A stretch of DNA of 55,572 nucleotides from Malacoraja senta (taxonomy: Eukaryota). The stretch covers positions 1 through 55,572 of the forward strand of contig JAXLNO010000276.1 in the NCBI GenBank assembly GCA_038087875.1, read 5' to 3'. The notes beneath the pieces were generated by a model. That model worked only from the letters and a program-made list of their open reading frames with translations. It ran no database searches and was not told where the DNA came from. A program made the translations under genes and the position numbers. This document shows positions 8,872 to 20,900 of this stretch, piece by piece. Numbering within the stretch: the first letter of the stretch is position 1; the number at the start of each line of letters is the position of its first letter.

Positions 8872-11604
8872 TTAAACAAAATCGCCATAGCGGTCAGGCG
8901 GTTTGACAAGACGTCCCGCCCGGGTTCGCGTCTCGCCATCCACCCTTCCTGCAGGAGGAAGAGGCACCGGCGGGGACAGACGAACCTGAAAGGGGGAAAC
9001 GGGAGGAGACGGAGGAGACCGCGGCACCGAACCCGGAGGTGATGCGAGATCAGGACCGGGAAGAGCGCGGGCAGGCGAGCGAGGACTAGTCGGAGCGGGG
9101 TGGAACGGAAGGGGCTGAGGAGGAGCAGAACGTTGCATGTCAGGAAGGACGGGCAGAGCAACACCCTGACGCGAAACAGGCAGTGGGGGAGCAAAGGGAT
9201 CCGCGGCAGGAGGACGCGGCTCGTTGACGAGCCGAAGGTGCTGGCGGGACCGTCGGTAAATGGCTCCAGCGTGGTCGACGAGATAGGACCTGGAGACAGG
9301 CGGCACCGAATCCGAACTGAGAGGCGTCGCAGGTGAGGACAATGGGACGCTGCAGGTCAAAGAACTTGAGCGTGGGGGTGCTGATCAGCTTAGACATAAG
9401 AATGTCGAATGCCTTCTGATGGTTGGGTAACCAAAGCCAGGACGTGTCCTTTTTTATCAGATCCCTCAGGGGAGCGCTGAGCTCGCTGAGGTCGGGGATG
9501 AACTTCCCCAGGTAGTTTACCAAGCCTAGGAAGCGTTGCAGGCCTGCCACATTGGTAGGAGGGGGCATCCCTGAAATGGCAGCTGTTTTCTGCGGGTCTG
9601 GCTTTAACCCCTCAGCGGTGAATACATGTCCAACATAGGTGACCTCCGGGACGCGGAATCGGCACTTCTTGGGGTTCAGTTTCAAGTTGATTTGCCGGGC
9701 CCAGTCCAGGACCTGGCGGAAGTTGACATCGTGTTCGGCAACGTCCTTACCGTAAACGAGGATGTCGTCAACAATTATGGCGCATGGTAGACCTAAAAAC
9801 AACTGCTCCATTGTCCGCTGAAATACCTCGCTGGCAGAGTTGATTCCGAATGGCATTCGGAGGAACCGAAACCTTCCGTAGGGTGTGGCGAAAGTTGTCA
9901 AAATGGACGACCGCTCGTCCAGTGGTATCTGCCAGAAGGAGCTTTTGGCATCGAGGACAGAAAAAACCGTTGCTGGACCAACCTGTGCAGCGACTTCTTC
10001 CACCGTTCTCATAGGGTAGTGAGGCGTCTAATGGCCAGGTTGAGGTCTTTGGGGTTGATGCAGATGCGTATCTCGCTCATGTCCTTTTTAGCAGCAACAA
10101 CCATGGAAGAGACCCAGCTGGTTGGCTCGACGACCACCTTTAGGATGCCCATTTGTACCATACTGTGTAGTGTCGCCTCCACTCTGTCCCTCATGGCGAA
10201 GGAGACACGGTGAGGAGCATGGACCACAGGAACGATCTTACGGTCCACTACAATCTTGTAGCTGCAGGGTAGTTTGCCTCGCTTATCATCAAAGCGGTCG
10301 GGATAATCGGCCAGCGGGTCCATAAGAGTCTGCACCTGGTGGATGTCACGGTGGAAGTACACCAGTCCCATTTCCTGGCATGCCCGGATCCCCAGCAGGG
10401 GAATGCATTTTTGATCGCGGAGATAGAAGGTGAGGGGCCGAGAGGTCTCTAGTATCTTACAGCGTAGCGTGGCCTTGCCCACAGGAGTAAGAATCTCCCC
10501 ACCGTAGGCATGCAAGGTTGAGCACTGGGAAAATATCTGCTCATTAGTTCTTATCTGGTTGAAAAGAGATGTTGACATTACGTTGGCCACAGCCCCCGTG
10601 TCAATCTTAGCAGTGAAGGTCGAGTTGTTCACAGTGACTAGCACAGAAGGGTCCGTTATCATAGCAGGTGCGTCCAACACGGTAAACAAGTTGGTCTCCC
10701 CCTGAGAGGAGTCAGATGCAGAAACAGACTGTTCATCGAAATAACACTGGGAGCTGAGCGCACTGTCAGCTTGTAGAAGGTTGTTTAAATTTCCCCTTCG
10801 AGCAGCGACAGGCTTCCCACGGGAACGACAAGCCGCAGCAAAATGGTTCAATTTTTTGCAGACATTACACGTTTAACCCAAGGCAGGGCACACATTGTAT
10901 TGATGAGTCATGAAGTTGCAATTAGGGCACCTTTGCCGGGTACCTCCCCCTGTAGCAGCACCGAACCCCGGGGCGCGTCCCCCTCGAGCAGCGAGCGACC
11001 CCGGGGGTCGCGACTGGGGTGTGTTTATGAGATGACTGGGAGTGCTGGCAAAGTTGATCGCCTGTTCAGCCGGCGACGCCGCCGAGGAAACAGCTTCAGC
11101 TAAGCGAGTAGCGTGCATAGCATCGGTTAAAGTCAGATCCGGCTTGCGCAGAAGTTCGGCCCTGAGCTTCTCATCACGGAGACCGTAAACCAGAAGGTCC
11201 CTGAGAATCTCATCGGGGTTCCACGCGTGGAGGCGGCAGCGCCTGCCGAGGTGCCGCAGCGCAATGACATAGTTCTCAGCAGATTCCCCAGGGAGCTGAC
11301 GCCGCGCGAACAGTTTAAAACGTTCTAAGATGCAATTTGTCGGCATATCACAAATAGCATCAAACTTAGCCACCAGACATACCGGGTCCCGAGCTGATTC
11401 GCCATCAGCGTAGACGAAGAAGTCAGAGCGAGTCAGGGCCTCGGGACCAGCCAAGTTGAGAAGCAGAGAGGCTTTGAGATCGGCGGTGGCGGCAGGATGA
11501 GCGATCGTGAAATAGTGTTCAAAGTCACGTTTGAATACGTCCCATCGAAGGGCGATGTCTAAATCGAAAACGAGCACATAGGGCTTACGGGCAGAAGAGG
11601 CCAT
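8872..11604 (-). pseudogene. Disrupted gag-pol polyprotein
   Basis: Starts MASSARKP at 11604. Gag Zn knuckles read CPNCNFMTHQYNVCPALG*TCNVCKKLNHFAAAC, with an in-frame TAA at 10873-10875. The protease motif is KIDTGA. A 1-nt frameshift near 10025 falls where the expected RRPHYPMRT should read through. RT motifs are LDAKSSFWQI, RMPFG and IVDDILVYG. The RNase H start LTCDASQFGFGA is then joined out of frame to the integrase tail RSYLV...YRRSRQHL...TRAGRLVKPPDRY. Confidence 0.92.
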
Positions 11605-11688
11605 GACAAAGAAATAGGAGGGCGGGGAAACAAAAAACTGGGACAAAATTAAATGATAAACCGATAAACAGGAGGCGCAAGGCAAGTT

Positions 11689-11699
11689 ATTCGACACCA
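11689..11699 (-). promoter_or_regulatory. Primer binding site (TGGTGTCGAAT), tRNA-Leu-like
   Basis: TGG-initiated motif immediately downstream of the 5' LTR. It resembles the TGGTGTCAGAA tRNA-Leu PBS minus one base, so the tRNA identity is tentative. Confidence 0.75.
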
Positions 11700-11903
11700 T
11701 GTAAAGAATCTAGAACGAGGCATCGTTACTTTACTATCTTTATTCATACTGGAGCATTACACATTGCACTAGCTGTACGTGGTCTGTCACAGGAACTAGA
11801 GAGCGATCTGTGGGTGGGGAGGTTGTAGATATACTTGTGATATGGGGAGTGGTTAGTAGGTATGAGGTCACTATGTTAAAGGCACATGCATATCTCATCT
11901 ACA
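11700..11903 (-). repeat. 5' LTR (204 bp)
   Basis: Direct repeat of 8599-8802, 201/204 identical by eye. Confidence 0.97.
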
Positions 11904-14900
11904 CTTGCCGTCTTTGTGGCGACCTTTCCGGATTTATGGCGACCTTGTGGGATTTCTGGCGACCTTGCTGGATTTATGGCGACCTTTCCGGCAATATGGC
12001 GACCTAGCCGCATTTGTGGCGACATTGCCGGATTTATGGCGAACTTGCCGGAAATATGGCGACCTTGCCGGGAATGTGGCGACTTTGCCGGATTTGTACC
12101 GACCTTGTCGGATATGTGACGACCTTGCCGGATTTATGGCGACCTTGCCGGAAAATGTGGCGACCTTGCCGGATTTGTGGCGACCTTGCCGGATTAATGG
12201 CGTCCTTGCCGGAAATGTGGCGACCTTGCCGAACTTCTGGCGACCTTGTCGGATTTGTGACGACCTTGCCGGATTTATTGCGACGTTGCCGGAAATGCGG
12301 CGACCTTCCCTGAAATGTGGCGAGCTTGACGTATTTGTGGCGAACTTGCCGGATTTATGGCGACCTTGCCGGGGATGTGGCGACCTTGCCGTATTTGTGG
12401 CGACCTTGCCGGATTTATGGCGACCTTGTGGGATTTGTGGCGACCTTGCCGGATTTATGGCGACCTTTCCGGCAATGTGGCGACCTTGCCGGACTTGTGG
12501 CGACTTTACCGGATTCATGGCGACCTTGCCGGAAATGTGGCGACCTTGCCGGATTTGTGGCGACGATGCCGGATTTATGGCGACCTTGCCGGAATTTTGC
12601 GACCTTGCTGGATGTGTGGCGACCTTGCCGGATCTATGGCGACCATGCCGGAAATGTGCCGACCTTGCCGGCTTTGCGCGACCTTGCCGAATTTATGGCT
12701 ACCTTGATTGAAATGTGGCGACCTTGCCGGATTTGTCGCCACCTGGCCGTATTTATGGCGACCTTGCCGGATTTGTGGCGACCTTGCCGGAAATATGGCG
12801 ACCTTGCCGGATTTTTGGCGACCTTGCCGGATTTATGGCGACCTTGCCGGAATTATGGCTCGCTTGCCGGATTTGTGGCGACTTTGCCGGATTCATGGCG
12901 TCCTTGCCGGAATATGGCGATCTTGCCGGATATGTGGCGACCTTGCGGGATTTATGGCGACCTTGCCGGAAATATGTCGACCTTGTCGGATTTGTGGCGA
13001 CCTTGGCAGATTTGTTGTGACCTTGCCGGAAATGTGGCGACCTTGCCGGATTTGCGGCGGCCGTGCCGGATTTATAGCGACCTTGCCGGAAATAGACGAC
13101 TCTGCCGGATTTGTGACGACCTTGCCGGATTTATGGCGACCTTGCCGGAAATGTGGCGACCTTGCCGGATTTGTGGCGACCTTGCCAGATTAATGGCGTC
13201 GTTGCCGGAAATGTGGCGACCTTGCCGGATTTCTGGCGACCTTGTCGGATTTTTGACGAGCTTGCCGGATTTATGGCGACCTTGCCGGGGATGTGGCGAC
13301 CTTGCCGTATTTGTGGCGACCTTGCCGGATTTATGGCGACCTTGTGGGATTTGTGGCGACCTTGCCGGATTTATGGCGACCTTTCCGGCAATGTGGCGAC
13401 CTTGCCGGACTTGTGGCGACTTTACCGGATTCATGGCGACCTTGCCGGAAATATGTCGACCTTGCCGCATTTGTGGCTACCTATCCAGATTTATGGCGCC
13501 CTTGCCGGAAATATGGCGACCTTCCCGTAAATGTGGCGACCTTGCCGGATTTGTGGCGACCTTGCCGGATTTATGGCGACCTTGCCGAGAATGTGGCGAC
13601 CTTGCTGGAATTGTGGCGATCTTGCCGGATTTATGGCGACCTCTCCGGAAATGTGGTGACCTTGCCGGATTTATGGCGACCTTGCCGGGGATGTGGCGAC
13701 CATCCCGGATTTGTGGCGACCTTGTCAGATTTCTGGCGACGTTGCCGTAATTGTGGCGACCTTTCCGTATTTGTGGCGACCTTACCGGATTAAGGCGACC
13801 TTGCCTCAAATGTGGCGACCTTGCCGGATTTGTGGCGACCTTGCCGGATTTATGGCGACCTTGCCGTGGATGTGGCCACCTTGCCGTATTTGTGGCGACC
13901 TTTCCGGATTTATGGCGACCTTGTGGGATTTGTGGCGACCGTGCTGGATTTATGGCGACCTTTCCGGCAATGCGGCGACCTTGCCGGACTTGTGGCGACC
14001 TTACCGGATTCATGGCGACCTTGCCGGAAATGTGGTGACCTTGCCGGATTTGTGGCGACGATGCCGGATTTATGGCGACCTTACCCGAATGTTGCGACCT
14101 TGCCGGATATGTGGCGACCTAGCCGGATCGATGGCGACCTTCCTGAAAATGTGTCGACCTTGCCGATTTGACGCGACCTTGCGGAATTTATGGGTACCTT
14201 GATTGAAATGTGGCGACCTTGCCGGATTTGATGCCACCTTGCCGGATTTGTGGCGACCTTGCCGGATTGATGGTGACCTTGTCGGAAATATGGCGACCTT
14301 GCCGGATTTGTGGCGACCTTGCCGGATTCATGGGGACCTTGCCGGAAATATGGCTACCTTGCCGGATTTGTGGCGACCTTGCGGGATTTATGGTGACCTT
14401 GTCGGAAATATGGCGACCTTGTCGGATTTGTGGCGACTTTGCCAGATTTGTTGCGACCTTGCCGGAAATGTGGCGACCTTGCCGGAAATAGGCAACTCTG
14501 CCGGATTTGTGGCGACCTTGCCGGATTTATGGCGACCTTGACGGATTTATGGCGACCTTGCCGGAAATATGGCGACCTTGCCGGATTTGTGGCGACCTTG
14601 CGGGGTTTATTGCGACCTTGCCGGAAATATGGCGACCTTGCCGGTTTTGTGGCGACCTTGCCGGATTTATGGCGACCGTGCCAGAAATATGACGACCTTG
14701 CCGGATTTGTGGCGACCTTGCCGGATTTATGGCGATCGTGCCGGAAATATGGCGAACTTGCCGGATGTACGGCGACCTTGCCGGAGATATGGCGACCTTC
14801 CCTGATTTGTGGCCACCATGCCGGATTTATGGCGACCTAGCCGGAAATATGGCGACCTTGCCGAATTTGTGGCGACCTTGTGGGATTTGTGGCGACCTTG

Positions 14901-17900
14901 CCGGATTTATGGCGACCTTTCCGGCAATGTGGCGACCTTGCCGGACTTGTGGCGACTTTACCGGATTCATGGCGACCTTGCCGGAAATATGTCGACCTTG
15001 CCGCATTTGTGGCTACCTATCCAGATTTATGGCGCCCTTGCCGGAAATATGGCGACCTTCCCGTAAATGTGGCGACCTTGCCGGATTTGTGGCGACCTTG
15101 CCGGATTTATGGCGACCTTGCCGAGAATGTGGCGACCTTGCTGGAATTGTGGCGACCTTGCCGGATTTATGGCGACCTCTCCGGAAATGTGGTGACCTTG
15201 CCGGATTTATGGCGACCTTGCCGGGGATGTGGCGACCATCCCGGATTTGTGGCGACCTTGTCAGATTTCTGGCGACCTTGCCGTAATTGTGGCGACCTTT
15301 CCGTATTTGTGGCGACCTTACCGGATTAAGGCGACCTTGCCTCAAATGTGGCGACCTTGCCGGATTTGTGGCGACCTTGCCGGATTTATGGCGACCTTGC
15401 CGTGGATGTGGCCACCTTGCCGTATTTGTGGCGACCTTTCCGGATTTATGGCGACCTTGTGGGATTTGTGGCGACCGTGCTGGATTTATGGCGACCTTTC
15501 CGGCAATGTGGCGACCTTGCCGGACTTGTGGCGACCTTACCGGATTCATGGCGACCTTGCCGGAAATGTGGTGACCTTGCCGGATTTGTGGCGACGATGC
15601 CGGATTTATGGCGACCTTACCCGAATGTTGCGACCTTGCCGGATATGTGGCGACCTAGCCGGATCGATGGCGACCTTCCTGAAAATGTGTCGACCTTGCC
15701 GATTTGACGCGACCTTGCGGAATTTATGGGTACCTTGATTGAAATGTGGCGACCTTGCCGGATTTGATGCCACCTTGCCGGATTTGTGGCGACCTTGCCG
15801 GATTGATGGTGACCTTGTCGGAAATATGGCGACCTTGCCGGATTTGTGGCGACCTTGCCGGATTCATGGGGACCTTGCCGGAAATATGGCTACCTTGCCG
15901 GATTTGTGGCGACCTTGCGGGATTTATGGCGACCTTGTCGGAAATATGGCGACCTTGTCGGATTTGTGGCGACTTTGCCAGATTTGTTGCGACCTTGCCG
16001 GAAATGTGGCGACCTTGCCGGAAATAGGCAACTCTGCCGGATTTGTGGCGACCTTGCCGGATTTATGGCGACCTTGACGGATTTATGGCGACCTTGCCGG
16101 ATTTATGGCGACCTAGCCGGAAATATGGCGACCTTGCCGAATTTGTGGCGACCTTGCCGGAAATATGGCGACCTTGCCGGTTTTGTGGCGACCTTGCCGG
16201 ATTTATGGCGACCGTGCCAGAAATATGACGACCTTGCCGGATTTGTGGCGACCTTGCCGGATTTATGGCGATCGTGCCGGAAATATGGCGAACTTGCCGG
16301 ATGTACGGCGACCTTGCCGGAGATATGGCGACCTTCCCTGATTTGTGGCCACCATGCCGGATTTATGGCGACCTAGCCGGAAATATGGCGACCTTGCCGA
16401 ATTTGTGGCGACCTTGCCGGAAATATGGCGACCTTGCCGGAAATGTGGCGACCTTGCCGGATTTATGGCGACCTTGCCGAAAATATGGCTACCTTGCCGG
16501 ATTTGTGGCGACCTTGCCGGATTCATGCGACCTTGCCGGAAATATGGCGACGTTGCCAGATTTGTGGCGACCTTGCGGGATTTATGGCGGCATTGCCGGA
16601 AATATGGCGATCTTGTCGGGTTTGCGGCGACCTTGCCAGATTCGTTGCGACCTTGCCGGAAATGTGGCGACCTTGCCGGATTTGTGGCGACCTTGCCGGA
16701 TTCATATCGACCTTGCCGGAAATATGGCGACCTTGCCGGATTTGTGGCGACCTTGCCGTAAATATGGCGACCTTGCCAGAAATGTGGCGACCTTGCCGCA
16801 TTTGTGACGACCTTGCCGGATTTATGGCGTCCTTGCCGGAAATGTGGCGACCTTGCCGGATTTATGGCGACCTTGCCGGATTTGTGGCGACTTGCCGGAA
16901 ATATGGCGACCTTGCCGGAAATGCGGCGACCTTGCCTGAAATGTGGCGACCTTGACCGATTTGGGGCGACCTTGCCGGATTTATGGCGACCTTGCCGTGG
17001 ATGTGGCGACCTTGCCGTATTTGTGGCGACCTTGCCGGATTTGTGGCGACATTGCCTGAAATATGGCGACCTTGCCGGAAATATGGCGACCTTGCCGGAT
17101 TTGTGGCGACCTTGCCGGATTTATGGCGTCCTTGCCGGAAATGTGGCGACCTTGCCGGATTTATGGCGACCTTGTCGGATTTGAGACGACCTTGCCGGAT
17201 TTATGGCGACGTTGCCGGAAATGCGGCGACGTTGCCTGAAATGTGGCGACCTTGATGGATTTGTGGCGACCTTGCCGAATTTACGGCGACCTTGCCGGGG
17301 ATGTGGCGACCTTGCCGTATTTGTGGCGATATTGCAGGATTTATGGCGACATTGCCGCAAATGTGGTGACCTTGCCGGATTTGTGGCGACATTGCCGGAT
17401 TTATGGCAACCTTGTGGGATTTGTGGCGACCTTGCCGGATTTATGGCGACCTTGCCGGCAATGTGGCGACCTAGCCGGACTTGTGGCGACCTTGCCGGAT
17501 TCATGGCGACCTTGACGGAAATGTGGTGACCTTGCCGGATTTGTGGCGAGGATGCCGGATTTATGGCGACCTTGCCGGAATGTTGCGACCTTGCTGGATT
17601 TGTGGCGACCTTGCCGAATTTATGGCTACCTTGATTGAAATGTGGCGACCTTGCCGGATTTGTCGCCACCTTGCCGGATTTGTGGCGACCTTGCCGGATT
17701 TATGGCGACCTTGCCGGAAATATGGCGACGTTGCCAGATTTGTGGCGACCTTGCGGGATTTATGGCGGCATTGCCGGAAATATGGCGACCTTGTCGGATT
17801 TGCGGCGACCTTGCCAGATTTTTTGCGACCTTGCCGGAAATGTGGCGACCTTGCCGGATTTGTGGCGACCTTGCCGGATTTATATCGACCTTGCCGGAAA

Positions 17901-20900
17901 TATGGCGACCTTACCGGATTTGTGGCGACCTTGCCGGAAATATGGCGACCTTGCCGGAAATGTGTCGGCCTTGCCGGATTTGTGACGACCTTGCCGGATT
18001 TATGGCGTCCTTGCCGGAAATGTGGCGACCTTGCCGGATTTATGGCGACCTTGCCGGATTTGTGGCGACCTTGCCGGAAATATGGCGACCTTACCGGAAA
18101 TGCGGCGACGTTGCCTGAAATGTGGCGACCTTGACCGATTTGGGGCGACATTGCCGGATTTATGGCGACCTTGCCGGGGATGTGGCGACCTTGCCGTATT
18201 TGTGGCGACCTTGCCGGATTTGTGGCGACATTGCCTGAAATATGGCGACCTTGCCGGAAATGTGGCGACCTTGCCGGATTTGTGGCGACCTTGCCGGATT
18301 TATGGCGTCCTTGCCGGAAATGTGGCGACCTTGCCGGATTTATGGCGACCTTGTCGGATTTGAGACGACCTTGCCGGATTTATGGCGACGTTGCCGGAAA
18401 TGCGGCGACGTTGCCTGAAATGTGGCGACCTTGATGGATTTGTGGCGACCTTGCCGGGTTTATGGCGACCTTGCCGGGGATGTGGCGACCTTGCCGTATT
18501 TGTGGCGATATTGCAGGATTTATGGCGACCTTGCCGCAAATGTGGTGACCTTGCCGGATTTGTGGCGACCTTGCCGGATTTATGGCGACTAGTCGGACTT
18601 GTGGCGACCTTGCCGGATTCATGGCGACCTTGCCGGAAATGTGGTGACCTTGCCGGATTTGTGGCGAGGATGCCGGATTTATGGCGACCTTGCCGGAATG
18701 TTGCGACCTTGCTGGATTTGTGGCGACCTTGCCGAATTTATGGCTACCTTCATTGAAATGTGGCGACCTTGCCGGATTTGTCGCCACCTTGCCGGATTTG
18801 TGGCGACCTTGCCGGATTTATGGCGACCTTGCCGGAAATATGGCGACCTTGCCGGATTTGTGGCGACCTTGCCGGAAATATGGCGACCTTGCCGGAAATG
18901 TGGCGACCTTGCCGGATTTGTGACGACCTTGCCGGATTTATGGCTTCCTTGCCGGAAATGTGGCGACCTTGCCGGATTTATGGCGACCTTGTCGGATTTG
19001 AGACGACCTTGCCGGATTTATGGCGACGATGCCGGAAATGCGGCGACCTTGCCTGAAATGTGGCGACCTTGACGGAGTTGGGGCCAACTTGCCGGATTTA
19101 TGGCGACCTTGCCGGGGATAGGGCGACCATGCCGTATTTGTGGCGACCTTGCAGGATTTATGGCGACCTTGCCGCAAATGTGGTGACCTTGCCGGATTTG
19201 TGGCGACCTTGCCGGATTTATGGCGACCTTGTGGGATTTGTGGCGACCTTGCCGGATTTATGGCGACCTTGCCGGCATTGTGGCGACCTAGCCGGACTTG
19301 TCGCGATCTTGCCGGAAATATGGCGACCTTGCCGGAGATGTGGCGACCTTGCCGGATTTGTGGCGACCTTGCCGTATTTATGGCGACCTTCCCGGAAATA
19401 TGGCGACATTGCCGGATTTGTGGCGACCTTGCCGGAAATATGGCGACCTTGCCGGATTTTTGGCGACCTTGACGGATTTATGGCGACCTTGCCGGAAATA
19501 TGGCTACTTTGCCGGATTTGTGGCGACTTTGCCGGATTCATGGCGACCTTGCCGGAAATATGGCGACCTTGTCGGATTTGTGGCGACCTTGGCCGATTTG
19601 TAGCGACCTTCCCGGGAATGTAGCGACCTTGCCGGATTTGTGGCGACCTTGCCGGATTTATGGCGACCTTGCCGGATTTGTGGCGACCTTGCTGGAAATA
19701 TGGCGACTTTGCCGGAAATGCGGCGACCTTGCCTGAAATGTGGCCACCTTGACGGATTTGGGGCGACCTTGCCGGATTTATGGCGACCTTGCCGGGGATG
19801 TGGCGACCTTGCCGTATTTGTGGCGACCTTGCCGAATTTGTGGCGACATTGCCGGAAATATGGCGACCTTGCCGGAAATGTGGCGACCTTGCCGGATTTG
19901 TGGCGACGTTGCCGGATTTATGGCGTCCTTGCCGGAAATGTGGCGACCTTGCCGGATTTATGGCGACCTTGCCGGAAATATGGCTACCTTGCCGGATTTG
20001 TGGCGACTTTGCCGGATTCATGGCGACCTTGCCGGAAATATGGCGACCTTGTCGGATTTGTGGCGACCTTGGCCGATTTGCTGCGACCTTGCCGAAATGT
20101 AGCGACCTTGTCGGATTTGTGGCGGCCGTGCCGGATTTATGGCGACCTTGCCGGAAATAGGCGACTCTGCCGGATTTGTGGCGACCTTGCCGGATTTATG
20201 GCGACCTTGGCGGATGTGTGGCGACCTTGCCGCATTTATGGCGACCTTGCCGGATTTATGGCGACCTTGCCGGATTTATGGCGACCTTGCCGGGAATATG
20301 GCGACCTTGCCGCATTTGTGGCGACCTTGCCGGATTTATGGCGACCTTGCCAGAAATATGCCGACCTTGCCGCATTTGTGCCGACTTTGCCTGATTTATG
20401 GCGACCTTGCCGGATTTATGGCGACCTTGCCGGGGATGTGGTGACCATCCAGGATTTGTGTCGACCTTGTCAGATTTCTGGCGACCTGGCCGGAATTGTG
20501 GCGACCTTTTCGTATTTGTGGCGACCTTAACGGATTTATGGCGACCTTGCCGCAAATGTGGCGACCTTGCCGGATTTATGGCGACCATTGCCGGATTTGT
20601 GGCGACCTTGCCGGATTTGAGGCCACCTAGCCGGATTATAGCGACCTCGCCGGAAATATGGCGACCTAGCCGGGTTTGAGGCCACCTTGCCGGGTTTGTG
20701 GCGACCTTGCTGGAATTATGGCGATCTTGCGGGAAATATGGCGACTTTGCCGGAGTAGTGGCGACCTTGCCGGAAATATGGCGACCTTGCCTTATTTAAA
20801 GCGACCTTGCCGGATTTTTGGCGACCTTGCCGGATTTATGGCGACCTTCCCTGATTTGTTGCCACGTTGCCCGAATTCTGGCGACCATGCCGGGAATATG

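Larger units (their letters stand above)
8599..11903 (-). mobile_element. Ty3/Gypsy (Mag-like) LTR retrotransposon, internally deleted, non-autonomous
   Basis: Two 204-bp TG...CA LTRs, a 5-bp TSD CTTGC (8594-8598 and 11904-11908), a PBS and a PPT are present. Domain order on the minus strand is gag - protease - RT - start of RNase H - integrase C-terminal tail. Confidence 0.97.

Noticed and set aside
10009..10030. Programmed frameshift between protease and RT
   Set aside because: It lies inside the conserved RT N-terminal motif with no slippery heptamer. A single-base deletion explains it.
10873..10875. Programmed gag-pol readthrough at TAA
   Set aside because: The stop falls between two Gag zinc knuckles where a Lys (AAA) is expected, and the element has other lesions. 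A nonsense mutation is the simpler explanation.
8856..11103. Small alternative-frame or antisense ORFs within the Gypsy element
   Set aside because: They are shadow ORFs of GC-rich gag-pol sequence with no recognisable motifs.
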